Of a stretch of DNA of 42,091 bases, positions 39,971 through 42,091 are shown one piece after another; the first letter of the stretch is position 1; each line of letters begins with the position of its first letter. The position numbers and the translations under genes are program-made. The notes under the pieces are model-generated. The model was given only the letters and a program-made list of their open reading frames with translations. It did not search any database and was not told the origin of the DNA. The stretch is from the IMG/VR virus record IMGVR_UViG_3300045988_039573, positions 1-42,091 of that record; one strand, given 5' to 3'. The DNA is from a virus.

Positions 39971-40111
39971 GTGAACGCTACTATTAACGAACGGTTGGAG
40001 AACGCTCTGATCGAGGTTGTTGAGAGGTTTTCGAAACAGAGTTCGACCGCCGCAGAGGTGGAAGCTCTTGCAGCGGTCGCACAGGTGTTGGCTGATATGC
40101 AGAAGGGTTAG
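39971..40111 (+). CDS. Hypothetical small protein (46 aa, GTG start)
   Basis: GTG lies 5 nt after a GGAGGTG RBS. The upstream part of track ORF 39779-40111 covers the promoter region and was rejected. Confidence 0.4.
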   Translation: MNATINERLENALIEVVERFSKQSSTAAEVEALAAVAQVLADMQKG

Positions 40112-40290
40112 TTTTTGCTGTTAGACAGGGTCAACAGGCGGTCGTAGATTTCCTCGAAGAAATCAGCAACATTTTTCCCACCGGCTTTGTCGGAAGATGT
40201 TGTTGAGCTTGTCATTTTGGCGATGACGATTTCTTTTGCGGTATCAAACGCATACTTTTCAACAGAATTCAAGATTTCACCCCCTTTCAA
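40108..40290 (-). CDS. Possible small protein (60 aa, TTG start)
   Basis: ORF from the track with poor initiation signals (GGAG only 2 nt from the TTG). It converges on and overlaps the 39971 gene. Confidence 0.3.
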   Translation of the reverse strand: MKGGEILNSVEKYAFDTAKEIVIAKMTSSTTSSDKAGGKNVADFFEEIYDRLLTLSNSKN

Positions 40291-40348
40291 TACTCCATTT
40301 TACCACGCGGGAAGTAAAGGGGGCAATACTTAGAAAGGAGTTAATGAA

Positions 40349-40555
40349 TTGAGTTTTCCTGAAAATCTGGCTCGACTGCAAACTGAGCGCGGCGAGACGA
40401 ATTATCGTCTTGCAAAAGAAATCGACGTATCGCAGACGTCGATCAAAAACTGGAAAGAGAGCGTGTGCCACCCGCACCCGCGCCAAGTCAAGAAGCTGGC
40501 AAAGCACTACGGCGTGACCGTGGACGCGCTTCTAAAATCCAGCGACGGGCAGTAA
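40349..40555 (+). CDS. Cro-like XRE-family HTH protein
   Basis: FPENLARLQTERGETNYRLAKEIDVSQTSIKNWKESVCHPHPRQVKKLAKHYGVTVDALL. The TTG start lies 8 nt after an AAAGGAG RBS. Confidence 0.7.
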   Translation: MSFPENLARLQTERGETNYRLAKEIDVSQTSIKNWKESVCHPHPRQVKKLAKHYGVTVDALLKSSDGQ

Positions 40556-40570
40556 AAAATGCCCCGCCCA

Positions 40571-40604
40571 ATGTTGCAGCATCGAGCGGGGCGGGTGGGA
40601 CAAA
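40571..40604. terminator. GC hairpin, orientation ambiguous
   Basis: CCCGCCC (40572-40578) pairs with GGGCGGG (40598-40604). An A-run lies upstream and no T-run downstream, so it would terminate better on the minus strand. Confidence 0.3.
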
Positions 40605-40661
40605 TCTCACCACAAGATATTGTGTCCGTGCTTATTGTAGCACGGAAGAAAGGAAAAGGCA

Positions 40662-40811
40662 ATGAGAAAAAAGCCAGAGTACAAAATCATTTGGGTCACG
40701 CCGCCTGACCCTGTAAAGCTGGGGACGATCATGGGCGAGATTTACGCACGCGGTCGCGGCCTTGAGTTTGTCGGCCTTGTGCCGAACGAGAAGAGGGGAG
40801 AAAAGGAATGA
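40662..40811 (+). CDS. Hypothetical small protein (49 aa)
   Basis: ATG follows a GGAAAAGG RBS. Translation is MRKKPEYKIIWVTPPDPVKLGTIMGEIYARGRGLEFVGLVPNEKRGEKE. Confidence 0.4.
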   Translation: MRKKPEYKIIWVTPPDPVKLGTIMGEIYARGRGLEFVGLVPNEKRGEKE

Positions 40812-40894
40812 ACACACTGTTTATCTTTATCGGCATCGGCACCGTGACGCATTGGTTTATGCGGGCGCTGGACAAGCTGGAGGGCAGGGCATGA
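40808..40894 (+). CDS. Possible 28-aa hydrophobic peptide
   Basis: MNTLFIFIGIGTVTHWFMRALDKLEGRA, with ATGA overlaps on both sides. Confidence 0.35.
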   Translation: MNTLFIFIGIGTVTHWFMRALDKLEGRA

Positions 40895-41418
40895 GGCGCG
40901 ACCGACGCACACGCGAGCAGCGCAAGGCCGACGCCTCGGCTCGCATCGCCGCCGTTTTCCTGTTCCTCGCGGCGCTGCTGATCCTCTTTGCGGTGCTGAC
41001 GGTCAAAACCACCGGGCAGCCGTACAAGGGCGAGCCGCCGGTCATCGAGGGCAAGCTCCCCGGCGAGGACACGCCCGCAGAAGGATGCGCGGAACTTACC
41101 ATCGGCGAGCCGCTTGGCGAATTTAAGCTGACCGCATATTGCCCATGTGTGAAGTGCTGCGGCAAGACGGACGGCATCACGGCGACCGGCACGACCGCCA
41201 CCGAGGGGCGAACGATTGCAGTTGACCCTCGCGTGATTCCTTACGGCTCCACCGTCACGATCTACTTTGCCGACGGCACGAGCCATACATACACCGCCGA
41301 GGACTGCGGCGGCGCGATCAAGGAAAACCGCATCGACGTGTTCTTTGACGACCATCAGGCCGCGCGGGAGTTTGGCGTCCAAACCGCTTACGTTTATATG
41401 GAGGAAAACAATGGATAA
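40891..41418 (+). CDS. Membrane-anchored 3D-domain (RlpA/MltA-like double-psi beta-barrel) protein
   Basis: N-terminal TM AAVFLFLAALLILFAVL. FKLTAYCPCVKCCGKTDGITATGT.A..GRTIAVDP.VIPYGS...........YTAED.GGAIK..RIDVFF is the canonical 3D domain. Confidence 0.8.
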   Translation: MRRDRRTREQRKADASARIAAVFLFLAALLILFAVLTVKTTGQPYKGEPPVIEGKLPGEDTPAEGCAELTIGEPLGEFKLTAYCPCVKCCGKTDGITATGTTATEGRTIAVDPRVIPYGSTVTIYFADGTSHTYTAEDCGGAIKENRIDVFFDDHQAAREFGVQTAYVYMEENNG

Positions 41419-42091
41419 TTTGAACGGCTACAAAGCCTTTGACCCCGGCATGATCTGCAAAGGGAAACAGTATCAGGAAAACACAGACTATGAAGAAGAG
41501 GGCGGCAAGATTTGTGAAAAAGGTATGATGCATTATTGCGTTAATCCTTTTGATGTGCTTAATTTTTACCCGCTTGTAAATGATAGCGGAAAAATCAGCG
41601 ACTTTGCAGCAGTCGAATCTTTAGAAGAGCCTGTATCGGGTGATGACGGGAAATTTGCCACGAAAAAGCTTCACATTGGCATAAAGCTTGGCTTGGCAGG
41701 ATTTGTTAACGCCTGCATCGATTATATCAAGAAAGAAACAATTGTAAACGCGCCAAGCTCAACTGTTGAAAGCGACTCCGCTCAGATCAGCAGCAGCGGC
41801 AACTCCGCCAAGATCGGCAGCAGCGGCGACTACGCCAAGATCGGCAGCAGCGGCTACTACGCCAAGATCGGCAGCAGCGGCTACTACGCCAAGATCGGCA
41901 GCAGCGGCAACTACGCTCAGATCGGCAGCAGCGGCGACTACGCTCAGATCGGCAGCAGCGGCAACTCCGCTCAGATCGGCAGCAGCGGCGACTGCGCCAA
42001 GATCGGCAGCAGCGGCGACTACGCTCAGATCGGCAGCAGCGGCAACTCCGCCAAGATCGGCAGCAGCGGCGACTACGCCAAGATCGGCAGC
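41412..42091 (+). CDS. Nonapeptide-repeat protein, N-terminal part. The frame is interrupted at 41462-41468, and the gene continues across the junction to 2-397
   Basis: ATG 41412 gives MDNLNGYKAFDPGMICKG in frame 0, with a stop at 41526-41528. The -1 frame, open from 41444, gives GKQYQENTDYEEEGGKICEKGMMHYCVNPFDVLNFYP... and then the repeats. Together they read as one conserved N-terminal domain. Confidence 0.6.
41774..42091 (+). repeat. 27-bp in-frame tandem repeats encoding [D/N/Y][Y/S/C]A[K/Q]IGSSG
   Basis: About 12 units lie here. After removing the 73-nt overlap, about 16 units exist on the circular molecule. Confidence 0.95.

Larger units (their letters stand above)
1..42091. mobile_element. 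Complete, circularly closed temperate siphovirus-type phage (or excised prophage) genome
   Basis: Full module order is present: recombination/replication, regulators, terS-terL-portal-MuF-scaffold-capsid, connectors, tail/TMP/fibres, lysis, accessory cassette, serine integrase, CI/Cro-like switch. Nt 1-73 are identical to nt 42019-42091. Confidence 0.85.

Noticed and set aside
40729-41382. 217-aa minus-strand ORF opposite the 3D-domain gene, and the long + track ORF start at 40762
   Set aside because: The 3D domain on the + strand is unambiguous. The 40762 start would fuse two mini-ORF regions in a different reading context, so the Met at 40891 (MRRDRR plus TM) is the sensible start.

Overview
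The window is a complete temperate tailed-phage (siphovirus-type) genome from a GC-rich Firmicutes/Clostridia-like host. The host assignment is an inference from SD-type RBSs, encoded CCA and protein families. The first 73 nt are identical to the last 73 nt, so the contig closes into a 42018-bp circle. The break lies inside a 27-bp coding tandem repeat. Almost all genes are on the + strand. In order they are: recombination/replication genes (Rad52-like SSAP, NinB-like, HNH, SSB, replisome organizer with a putative internal origin, DnaC-like loader, PAPS-reductase-like protein); many small Cys-rich and HTH regulators; about 0.8 kb of ORF-free, hairpin-dense sequence with an embedded tRNA-like module; terS, terL, portal, MuF, scaffold, capsid, connectors, tail, TMP and fibre genes with an LRR protein; a four-gene lysis cassette; a ten-gene accessory cassette of unusual low-complexity proteins; then a minus-strand lysogeny block (large serine integrase, membrane-anchored XRE regulator, CI-like repressor) with a Cro-like region. 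The points most worth follow-up are: the candidate giant structured RNA at 9.2-10.0 kb; the uncharacterised accessory cassette at 31.9-35.9 kb; an AT-rich antisense moron inserted just upstream of the tape-measure gene; a frame change exactly on a GGGAAAC heptamer in the junction-spanning repeat protein; and a switch region that appears to use face-to-face promoters. All functional calls rest on reading the translated ORFs and on motif recognition. No database search was possible.
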